From NCBI GenBank assembly GCA_963803975.1, contig CAWDOY010000020.1, positions 1-64,000 of the forward strand: a stretch of 64,000 bases of DNA, written 5' to 3'. Under the pieces are notes generated by a model, which did not search any database, had not been told where the DNA came from, and saw only the letters and a list, made by a program, of their open reading frames with translations. Shown piece after piece: positions 54,151-64,000 of this stretch (position 1 is the stretch's first letter; the number at the start of each line of letters is the position of its first letter). Position numbers and translations under genes: made by a program. This stretch comes from an uncultured delta proteobacterium (GTDB lineage Bacteria > Desulfobacterota > WTBG01 > CAIYCZ01).

Positions 54151-54419
54151 TAGTGGCTGACAAGTGTTACAACATCGTGGACACCATGAAGTGCCAAGAG
54201 ATCGAAGACTCTTTCTAATATTCTTCATAGAAAAAGGCCATAAATTTCCTGGATTCCTGCTTTCGCAGGTATGACGTAACAACTGAAACGTGCTAAAAAA
54301 GAGGTCATTCCAGCGAAAGCTGGAATCCAGTGTTCTTGTATTGCTGCAGGGGAATCTATAAAACCTCTTGAGTCAATGCAGTTTGTCCACGATGTCGTGA
54401 CACTTGCAAGTAGCCATTA
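54151..54419. mobile_element. MITE-like palindromic element with an internal pair of REP/dRS3-like hairpins
   Basis: About 33-bp imperfect TIRs (CAAGTGTTACAACATCGTGGACA / TGTCCACGATGTCGTGACACTTG); inverted GTCATTCC-N8-GGAATCCAG units at 54249-54275 and 54304-54330. Confidence 0.65.
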
Positions 54420-54423
54420 TTGC

Positions 54424-54505
54424 ACCTAACCCGGACAAGCTGGAACCAAAGCTCGCAAAGCTAAAAACACAAAATTTTCCTGATTTCTTGAGTTCCAGAT
54501 TTTTA
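54424..54505 (+). repeat. Dispersed repeat, copy 1
   Basis: ACCTAACCCGGACAAGCTGGAACCAAAG...TCCTGATTTCTTGAGTTCCAGA; second copy inverted at 61580-61709. Confidence 0.75.
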
Positions 54506-54530
54506 ATTCTCTTTTCAATCCAATGATTTT

Positions 54531-54755
54531 ATGACATTCAGAGAAAGCCTGTTCAGAGTGATGGCAGCGCTGTCCATCATTAACCCGGTGATTTTTTTCA
54601 TCTACATAGTTGTTACGGTAGAGTTCAACCGCTCAGATCCAAAGGAATGGGCACTGCTGCTTCTTTACAGCGGCATCGTGTGCGGAATGACCTGGGGCAT
54701 TTACTGGGGCATTAAATATGGCATGGACGTTTACGCCGGGATGAAACAGCGTTGA
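54531..54755 (+). CDS. Small two-TM membrane protein
   Basis: 74 aa with two hydrophobic segments. Confidence 0.55.
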   Translation: MTFRESLFRVMAALSIINPVIFFIYIVVTVEFNRSDPKEWALLLLYSGIVCGMTWGIYWGIKYGMDVYAGMKQR

Positions 54756-55958
54756 CAGGTCAGTATCTCCTCCAGCCCTGGCAGCACATAAACGCTAAAC
54801 TTAGCTCTTGCATATAGACGAAATCATGCTATACTCAATTTAACCCTTCGCTGACTTAGAATGCCAATTGTTCTTTTTCCCCCCTCACAAGGCCTTTGTT
54901 GGCGAAGGGTTTTATCATATATAAATTTTTCCTCCATTACATCTTCATTACTCCAAGATTACCGTTTTGTAATCATCATCTCATCTGCTTGCGCTTATAA
55001 AATAATGTTATATACTCTACTCATAATAACCCCTGTTAAACCCCCCGACGGTTTCCCCCTCCATTTTCCGTCGGGGGTTTTTTATTTTTAAAGTTACGAG
55101 TGAAGGTGTCGATATGTAAACTATGCCCCCGGCACGAGAGCATATGTCATTGAACGGCCCCCCCTCCCTATTCCGTGACATACCCCTCGCCGAGGGTTTT
55201 TTATTCAGCACCTTATAAAACAAACCCCTCAGAAGAAATAACCTCTGAGGGGTTTGTTGATTTACAATCAGTGAGCTTGTTAATTTAATAAAACATGCCC
55301 ATGGTATCTAATCTCAATTCCAATCCGTTCATCACCTCAGCGTAGAAATGATGAAAGTTGAACTGATAACAAATTGTTATTTATCAGCATGACGGCCCTT
55401 ACCAATGTTGCTGCCATGGTAATAAATCCCAGAAGAAATAAATAATCCTCTGGTGTGCTGTTGTCTCTAAAATAGGTAACTAACGTTTTCATTATTATAC
55501 AATTCTCCTCTAAGTAAATTTTTACATTTGATTTTAAATAGCACTCTAAACTCGCTGCGGCCTCCAGGTATTTCACGGTATATCCGGTGAATTTCCGGCC
55601 TGTTTAAGATACCATTGATGCCGAGCGTTCCAAGTTGCTAACCGACTGACAAGACGCTAATATTTATAATTCTACCTTTTGAATAAACCCCCATTCCTCT
55701 AAACAAAACATGGCTTCAGCAACATCCCGGCGCTGCTGTTGCAGCCGGGGAACTGGGGCCAGTCTTACGTTTAGCTTTGGTTAAAAATTATTCTGGATGG
55801 CTATAAGAATAATTTACGTGGTGCGCGGTTCCTGACCACTCAATCGTATGCGTGGAACATGTGTTGAGGATAGTGAAGTAGATGCGGGAAGTGAACGTGC
55901 CGGAAAAACTTCAAAATAAATTATCAGGTCCTTTATTACTAATACCGGTAGCAGCAAA

Positions 55959-56258
55959 TTAATATCTGCCTCGTTTTCCAGAACCTGCTCTGCTGGTGCC
56001 GCCACGTTCCGGCCGGGGCCTGGCTTCGCTTACGGTGATCTTTTTCCCGCCCAGCTCTCCGCCATTAAATTTCAGTATCGCTTCCTGGGCGGCTTTTTCC
56101 GAAGCCATTTCAACAAATCCAAATCCCTTTGATTGGCCGGTAAATTTATCTTTAATGACTGCTGCGGAAACAACATCTCCGAACTGCTTAAAGTTGTCTC
56201 TCAGGTCTGCTTCAGTCACTTCATCGGTCAAATTACCAATAAAAATATTTTTTGACAT
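55959..56258 (-). CDS. RRM (RNP-1) RNA-binding protein, paralog 2
   Basis: 'IFIGNL', 'KGFGFVEM', 'EARPR'; GAAGGAG SD. Confidence 0.92.
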   Translation of the reverse strand: MSKNIFIGNLTDEVTEADLRDNFKQFGDVVSAAVIKDKFTGQSKGFGFVEMASEKAAQEAILKFNGGELGGKKITVSEARPRPERGGTSRAGSGKRGRY

Positions 56259-56358
56259 CTTGCTTCTCCTTCTTCAGTTTTTTACCCGTGTTAGTTCTTA
56301 ACCGGATAGCATGGATTTTCACCCTGATCCAGGCAGTGTTTAACCATGCCGCACAAAT

Positions 56359-56421
56359 AAAAAAGCCCTCAGACTTATAGCAAGTCCGAGAGCTTTCATT
56401 GCACTTTCAAGGGCTTCTATG
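56359..56421 (-). promoter_or_regulatory. Conserved leader RNA/attenuator of RRM gene 2
   Basis: CATAGAAGCCCTTGAAAG box, then hairpin AAGCTCTCGGAC-TTGCTATAA-GTCTGAGGGCTT and a T-run. Confidence 0.65.
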
Positions 56422-56567
56422 CCGGATATGTACGCCCGTGCATATTAAATTCTATACAGCGTGCGTTTTTTAGTTAATAAGGAAAATAGCACAATCCTTC
56501 CTGCCTGTCAAATTTATAATTCACACACCCACGGGCGCCCGCGTATCATTATCCATGAGAAGATATG

Positions 56568-56801
56568 CTAAGTCGCTTGAATCCTTTCAATTATCTTCTT
56601 CATCGGCTCCCGGAACACTGTGCATTGCGGGCATTTTGCCGCCATAAACTGTTTGGCCTGCTCTCGCTCCTGCTGCGGCATGCCCTGGAACATGGGCAGC
56701 CAGTCATACTCCCAGCAGTTTTTGCCGGCATCGTAAGCCGGACACTGTATGTTGTTTTTCATCATACATTCAGGATTTAATTTCGAGCACTCATTGGCCA
56801 T
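56568..56801 (-). CDS. Small Cys-rich probable metal-binding protein (CW/CxxC)
   Basis: 'CPAY...NCWE...CPQCTVF'; GGAGG SD. Confidence 0.6.
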   Translation of the reverse strand: MANECSKLNPECMMKNNIQCPAYDAGKNCWEYDWLPMFQGMPQQEREQAKQFMAAKCPQCTVFREPMKKIIERIQAT

Positions 56802-56904
56802 AGCACCCTCCCCTATTTATTATTTATACATGGAACACTGAGAAACAATTTTTCTAACCCCGATCCCCAAATCCCTAACCCCGATTAATGCCTCTATCCA
56901 ACCA

Positions 56905-59900
56905 CTACAGCGCCACCGTTACAGTCATTTCCTGCGTCGTGCCGTCCTTCTGTTTGCGCTGCACACTGACCTTGACGATTCCTCCCCGCTGTTTGCCTAA
57001 AAGCAGTATCTTTATATCATCTATATCAGTGATTATCCTGCTGTCAATAGCTGTAATCACATCCCCGTCCTTTAGCCCTGCCTTCTGCGCCGGGCCGTCT
57101 TTCATGACTTTCTCGATTAACGACCCCGCTTTTCTCTTTCTTCAGCAGCACCTGGAGCTTTGGACTCTCCGGGGCGGGAATTGGTTCTGGGAATAATATA
57201 TAATCTGCCAGGCTTTGATCAATCCCCTGGCCTGAGTCATTGAGGATAAGTGCGCTTGTCGCGCCAATCAGGCGCTGCACCCGTGCCGGAATACCCCATG
57301 CGTACTGCAGGTGGCCGCTGCCGGCAAGGACCACCATCCGGGCATCGGGATATTTTTGCAGGGCCTCTGCTATGCTGTGGGCCATGGTTTCATCCCACAG
57401 GATTTGCGAAAAATAGAAATTATCAAAGCACGTTTTTTTGCTCTGCTCGTGCTGGTAGTAAACCTGCTTCAAGTACTCCCGGTACTGCTCATTGGTCAGG
57501 TCAAGATCAGCCGGCAGCTCTGCCCGCTCCCCGGCGGTCAAAGCATCCATGCCCTTTTCTGAAACCTTTTCTGTGATTTCCCTCCTGACATTTAAAGCTA
57601 TTACCGGGATGGTGTTGGCCCGGGCAAATTGCAGTATGTCCCGGTAGAGGTTATAGTCATAAGCCCAGCGGGGGAAATATTCCGACTTCTTTAAAAACTC
57701 CTCCTCCGTGATTTTTTTATGAACATACTGGTCGAGGTATTTCTGAAACGGCCGCTGAAACATCTCCATGCCGATTATGAGCGGCCGCTTCTCCTGCAGC
57801 ATGCGCCGTATTATTTCAAGCTGCATCAGGTGGTCTGCGTAGGTGGTGTGCGATTCACCGATATAGATAATACGCTTATCCCGCACATCTTTTATAATAG
57901 CATCCAGATCAAGTGAGCTTTTTGTTTTAATGCCGCTGGCGGCAACATGCAGGTCTTCCACGATTCCCTGCTCGGTAGCAGCGCGCTCTTCTCTGCTGAT
58001 TTTACCCTGCTCAAAAACGAGCAGCGAATAGTTTCCGTACCTGAATATCTTCCGGTACACGGCTTGTGCTTCACCGGCATTGCGTGCTTTAAAAACCATA
58101 ACCACTTTTTTACTGTTCAGGGGATTTTTAGACACCTTCACGACGCACCCGCCTGCAGGCAGTGCCCGGTCAGCAAAAAGCTTCCGGTAAAAGCTGCCGC
58201 TGTCGGATAGAAACAGCACGGAATGTTTTCTCGATATCCGCAAATGTTGTTTCTTTTTCACTTTTAACCGTATAGCCCTGCGCTTTTAAAAAGCCTGCTG
58301 TTTCCCGGTACATTCTTTCGTCCTGGGCTGGTGTGATAACGATACTCTCGCGGTTTCCGATAAAGGCGGATATAACAGGAGCTGCCTCAGCATCTGTAAG
58401 CCTGCGCATCACATCATACTGTTCATCAAGGATTATTTTTATCGGCCGCCCCTTGAATGCTTTCTCGTAATGGGTTACTGCTGCAGCAGTCTCGATCAGG
58501 ATTTTCTCTTCACCCTGGTCGGTTATGACCCGGGCAGGCAGTGAGCAGGCAAAAGGCTCTTTATCCTGGAAAATATCAAAGGTTAACAGAAAGGCGCTCT
58601 CTCTGAAAACAACCTGTGCGTGGGCAAGGGAAAATCCGGGACGCCTTTCCTGTCGAGCCATTGCTGGAAAAAGGATTTCAGATTCTGTCTGCTGACAGAC
58701 GCGAAAACGTCACTGATACTATCCCAGGAGGCTTCCTGGTATTGAAATGACGCAATCACATCTTTTAACGACTTGAAAAATAGTTCATCCCCCAGCTTCA
58801 TCCGCAGCATATGGAACACCATGGCGGACTTTCCGTACCCGACAGCTCTTGATGCATAACTGTCAGGCCCTCTGAAGCTGCGCAGCAAGATTTCATTTGC
58901 AGGAGTCACGTAGTTCATGTAGTCGCTGAGCATTTTTTTGCGGTACTCAGCACCGCTGCCTTTAAGATGGCTGTACCACTGGTCAGCAAGATAGGTGGTG
59001 AGCCCTTCCGACCAGTTGCCCCCGGCATAATGTACATACACATGGTTACCAAACCACTGGTGAAGTATTTCATGGCCAAGCGAAGTCTCAACAATAAACG
59101 GGAGCCTTATAACCTGGGAGCCGAGCAGCGTGTAGGTGGGGAGGGAATAGCCGGTCTGGAACCGGTTCTCCACAATGGCAAATGTTTTATAGGGAAAGGG
59201 TCCCAGCAGTGCTTCATATAATTCGATATAGCGTTTTGTATGCGCGAGATAATTATCAGCCAGTTCCCGGTCTTCGGCAAAAAGTAACGTTTTCAGGGCA
59301 ATGCCGTGAAAGGTCTCGGTCCGTGTTACGTATGTTCCTGCTACCAGAGTTATTCCGGGAAGCGGGTGCGGAAAATCAAAAACGATATTCTTCAGTCCGT
59401 TGCTGGATTTCACCGTTGTTGTTTCAGATTCAGACACTGCTTCAAAATGTTCCGGCACCTCAGCCGTTAGTTTGTAAAAGCACCGGCCGCCTATTGCCGG
59501 GTACCAGTCATGCAGGAGCATAACCCCTTCATTGGATATACTATTGGGTGCCGGTGAGTTTAGAAAGTCACCCTTTTGTTCTGCTGAACCAGGAGCAAAG
59601 GAAGCGTTATACTCAATCTCAACTACAGTATCGTTTTGCGTATCCCTGATATCGATGATGCCCTGAACAGGGCGCGCCTCTCGTTTGTTGACGAGAAGTT
59701 GCTGAATGGTAAAATCAAGAATATTGATTTTACAGGCTGCGCCTTTCGGCACGCTTATACGCGCGGAGCCCCGGATGGTATGGCCGGCAGGATCAATGCT
59801 GACAATAAGCTCATATACCGGGAGCTGCTGCCCGGCACGCACGGTACCCGGTGCAAAACAAAGAAGCATGAGCACCGCGACTATGCTATAATTCCTGCAT

Positions 59901-59908
59901 CTGAACAT
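56905..59908 (-). CDS. M1 metallo-aminopeptidase / ChaN-like / PDZ fusion protein (three frameshifts)
   Basis: Signal peptide; 'GHEILHQWFG...WSEG' gluzincin; 'YIGESH...GMEMFQR...LWDETMA...AGSGH' ChaN/TIKI-like; 'GPAQKAGLKDGDVI' PDZ. Confidence 0.8.
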
Positions 59909-60006
59909 GAAGTCCTCTCTTTGTACATAATTTATCTTTGATAGTAGCTTGCGTGGGAATATACATTCAATAGTACTATAGCACGCATAACAGGACTCAG
60001 GCATCT

Positions 60007-60844
60007 ATGAAAATAATTATCTATTATATTATTGCTCTGCTCGTATCGCCGCCTCTGTGCAGCGCTCTCGACCTCGGTGATATAGGTAAAACGCTTGAAC
60101 AAGCCGGTGTTTCAGATGTGCTGAAATCGTCCGGCATTGACCTTGGCCGCATCACCGACTATCTGAACTGGGAAGCCATCAATGTCTCCCTTGTTTCAGA
60201 TTTCACCAACGTGACCGAGCTTAAGCGGGGCAAGGCGGTCATAGACGGCAAGGTGTATAAGAGCGGCATCAACAGCCTGCGCGTTGATCTGAAAAGCGGC
60301 ATTGAGGTGCCAGGTAAAAATGCCGTGCGTCTCACTGACTGCTACGTAGTGTATCATATATTGAAGAAGCAGGCATTTGTGGTCTTCCCCCGGAAGGATG
60401 CGTATATCAAAATTGACCCTGATGAAGCGCGTGACCTGATCGGCTCCTTTGCTTAAAAACCGCGACGGCAAGCCAAAGATAGAGAAAAAAGAAGACCTGG
60501 GCATGGAGACCATCGACGGCCAGGAGTGTAAAAAGATTGCCGCCCTCATGAAATTCCCGAACAACACAAAAAGCAACATCACGGCATGGCTGGCCCAGGG
60601 GATGAAAGGATTTCCCGTTAAAATTCTGGCTGATTTTAAAACCCCGCAGGGAATAGCAGGAACCAACACCACCACCTTTACCAATATAGAAAAGACCGAT
60701 CCTGATGAATCCCTGTTTGCAATCCCCAAAGACTATGTTAAATATAATAATCTGGTAGAGGTGGCGTCAGAAGGCAAGCTCGGATCACGGCTTGAAAAAA
60801 AGCCTGCGGGGAAACGGAAATTGTTTAAAGGACGTCAGGATTGA
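60007..60844 (+). CDS. Exported DUF4412-like protein (frameshift near 60450)
   Basis: Signal peptide; 'LGMETIDGQECKK', 'FPVKI', 'LFAIPKDY'. Confidence 0.65.
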
Positions 60845-60877
60845 ATATAGCAATCAATGAAAGGATGTGGTGATTAC

Positions 60878-61576
60878 ATGTACATTATTAATAGATTATG
60901 CATACGCGCCGGTTTTCGTGTCTGGATAGCAATTCTCCTGCTTTTGGCACTGGTGAGCTTTGTTGCTCCCGGTCCGAACGCCCTCGCCTCTCCGCGTACC
61001 CCCACAGATCTCATTGAGGATTCATGCGGAGGAAGCGTTACAGGAGGAAAACGCATTCTTATTGCCTATGACACCATACATGGCTCAACCGCGGAAGTCG
61101 CGAAAGAGATCGGCACTGCATTATGCGCGCGCGGCTTTCAGGTTGATATCCGTTTTGTGGGCAATGTACCCGCTCTTCAGGACTATGACGCGGTGATCCT
61201 GGGCAGCGCCATCTATGAATTCCGCTGGCTGCCTGATGCGATGGCATTTCTCAAGAACAATACCGCCGCGCTTTCTGCTATGCCTGTCGCATATTTTATT
61301 GTCGGTGCCTCGCTCTTTCAGGATACGCCGGAAAACCGGGATGCCGTTAAAAAATCATTTATTGACCCGGTGCTTACGGAGTACCCGGATATCAAACCGC
61401 TGTCCATAGGTCTCTTTGGCGGGGCTGTTGATTTTAAAAAGGAGCAATACAACCTGTTTGAAAAATTTGTTTTGCGGATTCTCGGATTAATCGTTGGTTT
61501 CAAAGACAGCGCTGACTGGCGTAACTGGGAATATATAAACAGCTGGGCCAATGAGTTCGGTGACCAACTGCAGTAA
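60878..61576 (+). CDS. Exported flavodoxin-domain protein (HemG-like)
   Basis: 'IAYDTIHGSTAEVA', 'YDAVILGSAIY', 'DWRNW..I..WA'. Confidence 0.8.
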   Translation: MYIINRLCIRAGFRVWIAILLLLALVSFVAPGPNALASPRTPTDLIEDSCGGSVTGGKRILIAYDTIHGSTAEVAKEIGTALCARGFQVDIRFVGNVPALQDYDAVILGSAIYEFRWLPDAMAFLKNNTAALSAMPVAYFIVGASLFQDTPENRDAVKKSFIDPVLTEYPDIKPLSIGLFGGAVDFKKEQYNLFEKFVLRILGLIVGFKDSADWRNWEYINSWANEFGDQLQ

Positions 61577-61579
61577 TTA

Positions 61580-61709
61580 AAAGTCTGGAACTCAAGAAAT
61601 CAGGAAATTTTTGTTTTTACCTTTTTGAGTTCCTGGCTGCCAAATTCAATCTTCTTTGTTTTTTTAGTCTTTGCGGTTAACTTTGGTTCCGGCTTGTCCG
61701 GGTTAGGTC
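61580..61709 (-). repeat. Dispersed repeat, copy 2, supplying the C-terminal tail of the DUF1460 gene
   Basis: Reverse complement matches 54424-54505 at both ends. Confidence 0.7.
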
Positions 61710-62499
61710 TCAATATTATTACGCCAGGCTTATGCAAAAGGTAGGTTTTTAAATCTTCATCTATCACCTTGCGATACTTTTCTTGTGATGACGCGTGGCG
61801 AAATAATATTCGTGCTCCTTTTCTTATGACAATACCGACATGCGATACATCCAGGTTTGCCTGAGCTGTATATACGCCAAGGTAATCCCCTGTTTTTAAC
61901 TGCGCTAAAATCAAATCATCGACGAACTCAGACGGGATATAGGTAATCTCCCGTCTCCTGACGGTTATGCCGGGTAGCAGCGTCTGGCCCCCTTCTGCGG
62001 CATTCAGTGTCTTTACAGTTTTTTTTGCTTTTCCCGCGCCGATCTGACCGGTGACATCATCTATAAAGCCCGCGTTAAACAAAGTCCAGTCGCTGAAAAA
62101 ATGATTGCGGTGTTTATAATCAACCACTCCATTCTGGTAACGCACCTTCCGCAGGTTCTCCCTGAACTCAGCAAAAGAGCCTGAGCGTCGCATTGCCTCC
62201 ACATAATCAAGAAAGGTAAAGCAGTCCACCCCTGCCATGTTTATTACCAGCGCTTCCTGCGTTTGCTGATCTCCGATCAGTGTCGCTGCTTTATACGGTA
62301 TGCCTGAAAACTGGCTGGAAATAAAATCGATACGTTCAGATGTGCCGCTTATTTTGGAAGCACGGGCAAGAAGATTATCCAGCTGCGGGATGTTCCATGA
62401 GCCGGTATTGATTACTTCTTTATAATTACCGGAATCAGCATTGAATGGAGCGGCAAGAATTGCGATTAGGAAAAACAGTGCGAGTAAATATTTATTCAT
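61600..62499 (-). CDS. DUF1460 / NlpC-P60-type N-acetylmuramoyl-L-alanine amidase-like protein
   Basis: 'VDCFTFLDYVEA', 'RNHFFSDW', 'LDVSHVG', 'RHASS'. Confidence 0.82.
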   Translation of the reverse strand: MNKYLLALFFLIAILAAPFNADSGNYKEVINTGSWNIPQLDNLLARASKISGTSERIDFISSQFSGIPYKAATLIGDQQTQEALVINMAGVDCFTFLDYVEAMRRSGSFAEFRENLRKVRYQNGVVDYKHRNHFFSDWTLFNAGFIDDVTGQIGAGKAKKTVKTLNAAEGGQTLLPGITVRRREITYIPSEFVDDLILAQLKTGDYLGVYTAQANLDVSHVGIVIRKGARILFRHASSQEKYRKVIDEDLKTYLLHKPGVIILRPNPDKPEPKLTAKTKKTKKIEFGSQELKKVKTKIS

Positions 62500-62649
62500 A
62501 AAAGCCCGTGCAGCAAGGAGCAGTTATGTTATTAATAACCATGGTATACTCTGATAAAAACTGGTGCAGATTCTACCCGCGTATCTCTCTATCAGGTTGT
62601 TGAAAAAGGAGTTTTCTCCCAGGCTGGTTTTAAAAGAAAGGGGACCACT

Positions 62650-62814
62650 ATGACCTGGTTTAAATGTTCAGGGTGCGGCTATACGCTGCAGACTGATAAT
62701 CCGCCGGATGAATGTCCGTCCTGCAAACAAAAGTGCCTTTTTGTTGACTGCACCTGCTACACGCCCGACTGCGGCGGGCCCGGAAACATTGACCCGAAAG
62801 TGACCGGCAAGTAG
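62650..62814 (+). CDS. Rubredoxin-like small protein (54 aa; not in the ORF track)
   Basis: MTWFKCSGCGYTLQTDNPPDECPSCKQKCLFVDCTCYTPDCGGPGNIDPKVTGK; two CxxC knuckles plus a CYTPDCG tail. Confidence 0.8.
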   Translation: MTWFKCSGCGYTLQTDNPPDECPSCKQKCLFVDCTCYTPDCGGPGNIDPKVTGK

Positions 62815-62823
62815 CGCGCCCGT

Positions 62824-62984
62824 TAGCAGGCTGTTGAAAAACACCCATCTGCTTCGTTGCGCTCATCCTTCGTCATTGCGACGTACGGTAAAGTACGCCT
62901 CATTCCTCTTGATTTCGCGCGCCTTGCATCTTGATGTTTTTGACCAGCCTGAGAGAAAACTACTACTTTTTCAACAACCCGTTA
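62824..62984. mobile_element. MITE-like element with TA-flanked inverted ends
   Basis: TAGCAGGCTGTTGAAAAA ... TTTTTCAACAACCCGTTA; non-coding; overlaps the prmC stop. Confidence 0.7.
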
Positions 62985-63845
62985 GATCCGCCGGGCAATC
63001 ACCGCGCGGTTGTGGCCGGCGTAATCCTTAACCGTCGTAACATCAGAAAATCCCGCGTCGCGAAAAAACTGCGACACTGTTAAAGCCTGCTCAGAGCCGA
63101 TCTCAAGAACTGCCCGGCCCTCCCTGCGCAACAAAGCGGGCATCTGCGGTATCCACTGCCGGTAGAGCCTGAGCCCGTCCTCTCCGCCATCAAGCGCCTG
63201 CTGCGGCTCATGGTCTTTTATTTCAGGTGCGAGCGTTTCCATATCACGGCTGCATATATACGGCGGATTGGAAATAATCAGGTCAAATAATTCACTCTGC
63301 TTAACGGGGGCTAAGCCATTACCGCACACAAGCCGTATCCGTTCCTTAAGTCCCTGTGCTTCAATGTTACCCCGTGCGACTTCTAAAGCAGCCGGAGAAA
63401 TGTCAGCAGCATAAATCACGCTGTTTTTTATTTCTCTGGCCAGCGCGATTGCGATAGCGCCGCTTCCCGTCCCCAACTCCAGAATAGCAACTTCCCGGTC
63501 CCCTGGTTTGAGGAGCTTGATTGCTTCCTCAACCAGCAGCTCAGTCTCCGGCCGCGGTATGAGCACGCCCTTCTGCACCTTGATTTTCAGAGACCAGAAT
63601 TCCCGGTATCCCGTCAAATAGGCAACCGGCTCACCAGCTGCCCTGCGCCTGACCATGTCCCTGAAGAGAGAAAGCTCAGCTTCCGTCACCGCCCGCTCAA
63701 ACGCGATATACAGCTGAATCCGCTCTATGTTGAGACAGTGCGCAAGCAGCAGCTCGGCATCAAGGCGCGCGCTCTCTATGCTCTTTTTTTTAAAATAGCC
63801 GGTTGTCTCATTGATGAGTTCAAGAATCGTCCAGATTTTATTCAT
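62982..63845 (-). CDS. prmC: Release factor glutamine methyltransferase
   Basis: 'GEPVAYLTG..EFW', 'LIPRPETE', 'LELGTGSG', 'SNPPY', 'ALDGGEDGL'. Confidence 0.95.
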   Translation of the reverse strand: MNKIWTILELINETTGYFKKKSIESARLDAELLLAHCLNIERIQLYIAFERAVTEAELSLFRDMVRRRAAGEPVAYLTGYREFWSLKIKVQKGVLIPRPETELLVEEAIKLLKPGDREVAILELGTGSGAIAIALAREIKNSVIYAADISPAALEVARGNIEAQGLKERIRLVCGNGLAPVKQSELFDLIISNPPYICSRDMETLAPEIKDHEPQQALDGGEDGLRLYRQWIPQMPALLRREGRAVLEIGSEQALTVSQFFRDAGFSDVTTVKDYAGHNRAVIARRI

Positions 63846-64000
63846 ACGGCAGTTTCAAAGGTTCATTCATAATAGAGAATTACTCCGCATATCCTGAGAG
63901 CGTTCGGGACGGGACGTGCGAGGCATGAAACCGGTCAAACTAATACCAAAATTCAACATATAAAGAAAGATTATTCCAGAGATATCAGGGTAGAAAACAA

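Overview
Bacterial chromosomal window whose gene content and synteny fit an anaerobic Desulfobacterota (deltaproteobacterial)-type organism (inference). About 15 otherwise ordinary genes are split by single-base indels, several in homopolymers, so most frameshifts are probably sequencing or assembly errors. The backbone carries pepA, oppD/oppF-type ATPases, an RluA-family pseudouridine synthase, a TIGR03960 radical SAM protein with RNase G, queE, prmA, hom, an alaC-type aminotransferase, cbiA, thyA, a PEPCK-like gene and prmC. Accessory regions are (i) an MMPL/DUF1302 locus preceded by an aromatic-rich leader peptide and terminator; (ii) an AT-richer fatty-acyl biosynthesis cluster (FadL, ICMT-like methylase, ACP, FabB, FabF, SDR) running into a sigma54 signalling cluster; (iii) a decaheme cytochrome/CxxCH-porin operon with an FrhB-like protein; (iv) a KimA-like transporter with a highly structured 5' RNA; (v) a selenocysteine MsrA; (vi) two RRM proteins with a shared covarying leader; and (vii) several MITE-like repeats. 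The strongest novelty is at 49.27-52.40 kb. Four copies (one truncated) of a 37-40 aa RiPP-like peptide gene, absent from the ORF track, have a YEAPKV leader and an invariant C-terminal GPAQTCSPSPCPTYQ. They strictly alternate with three secreted proteins that have unrelated N-termini and a shared C-terminal ~110-aa domain. No rRNA, intact tRNA or CRISPR array was seen.
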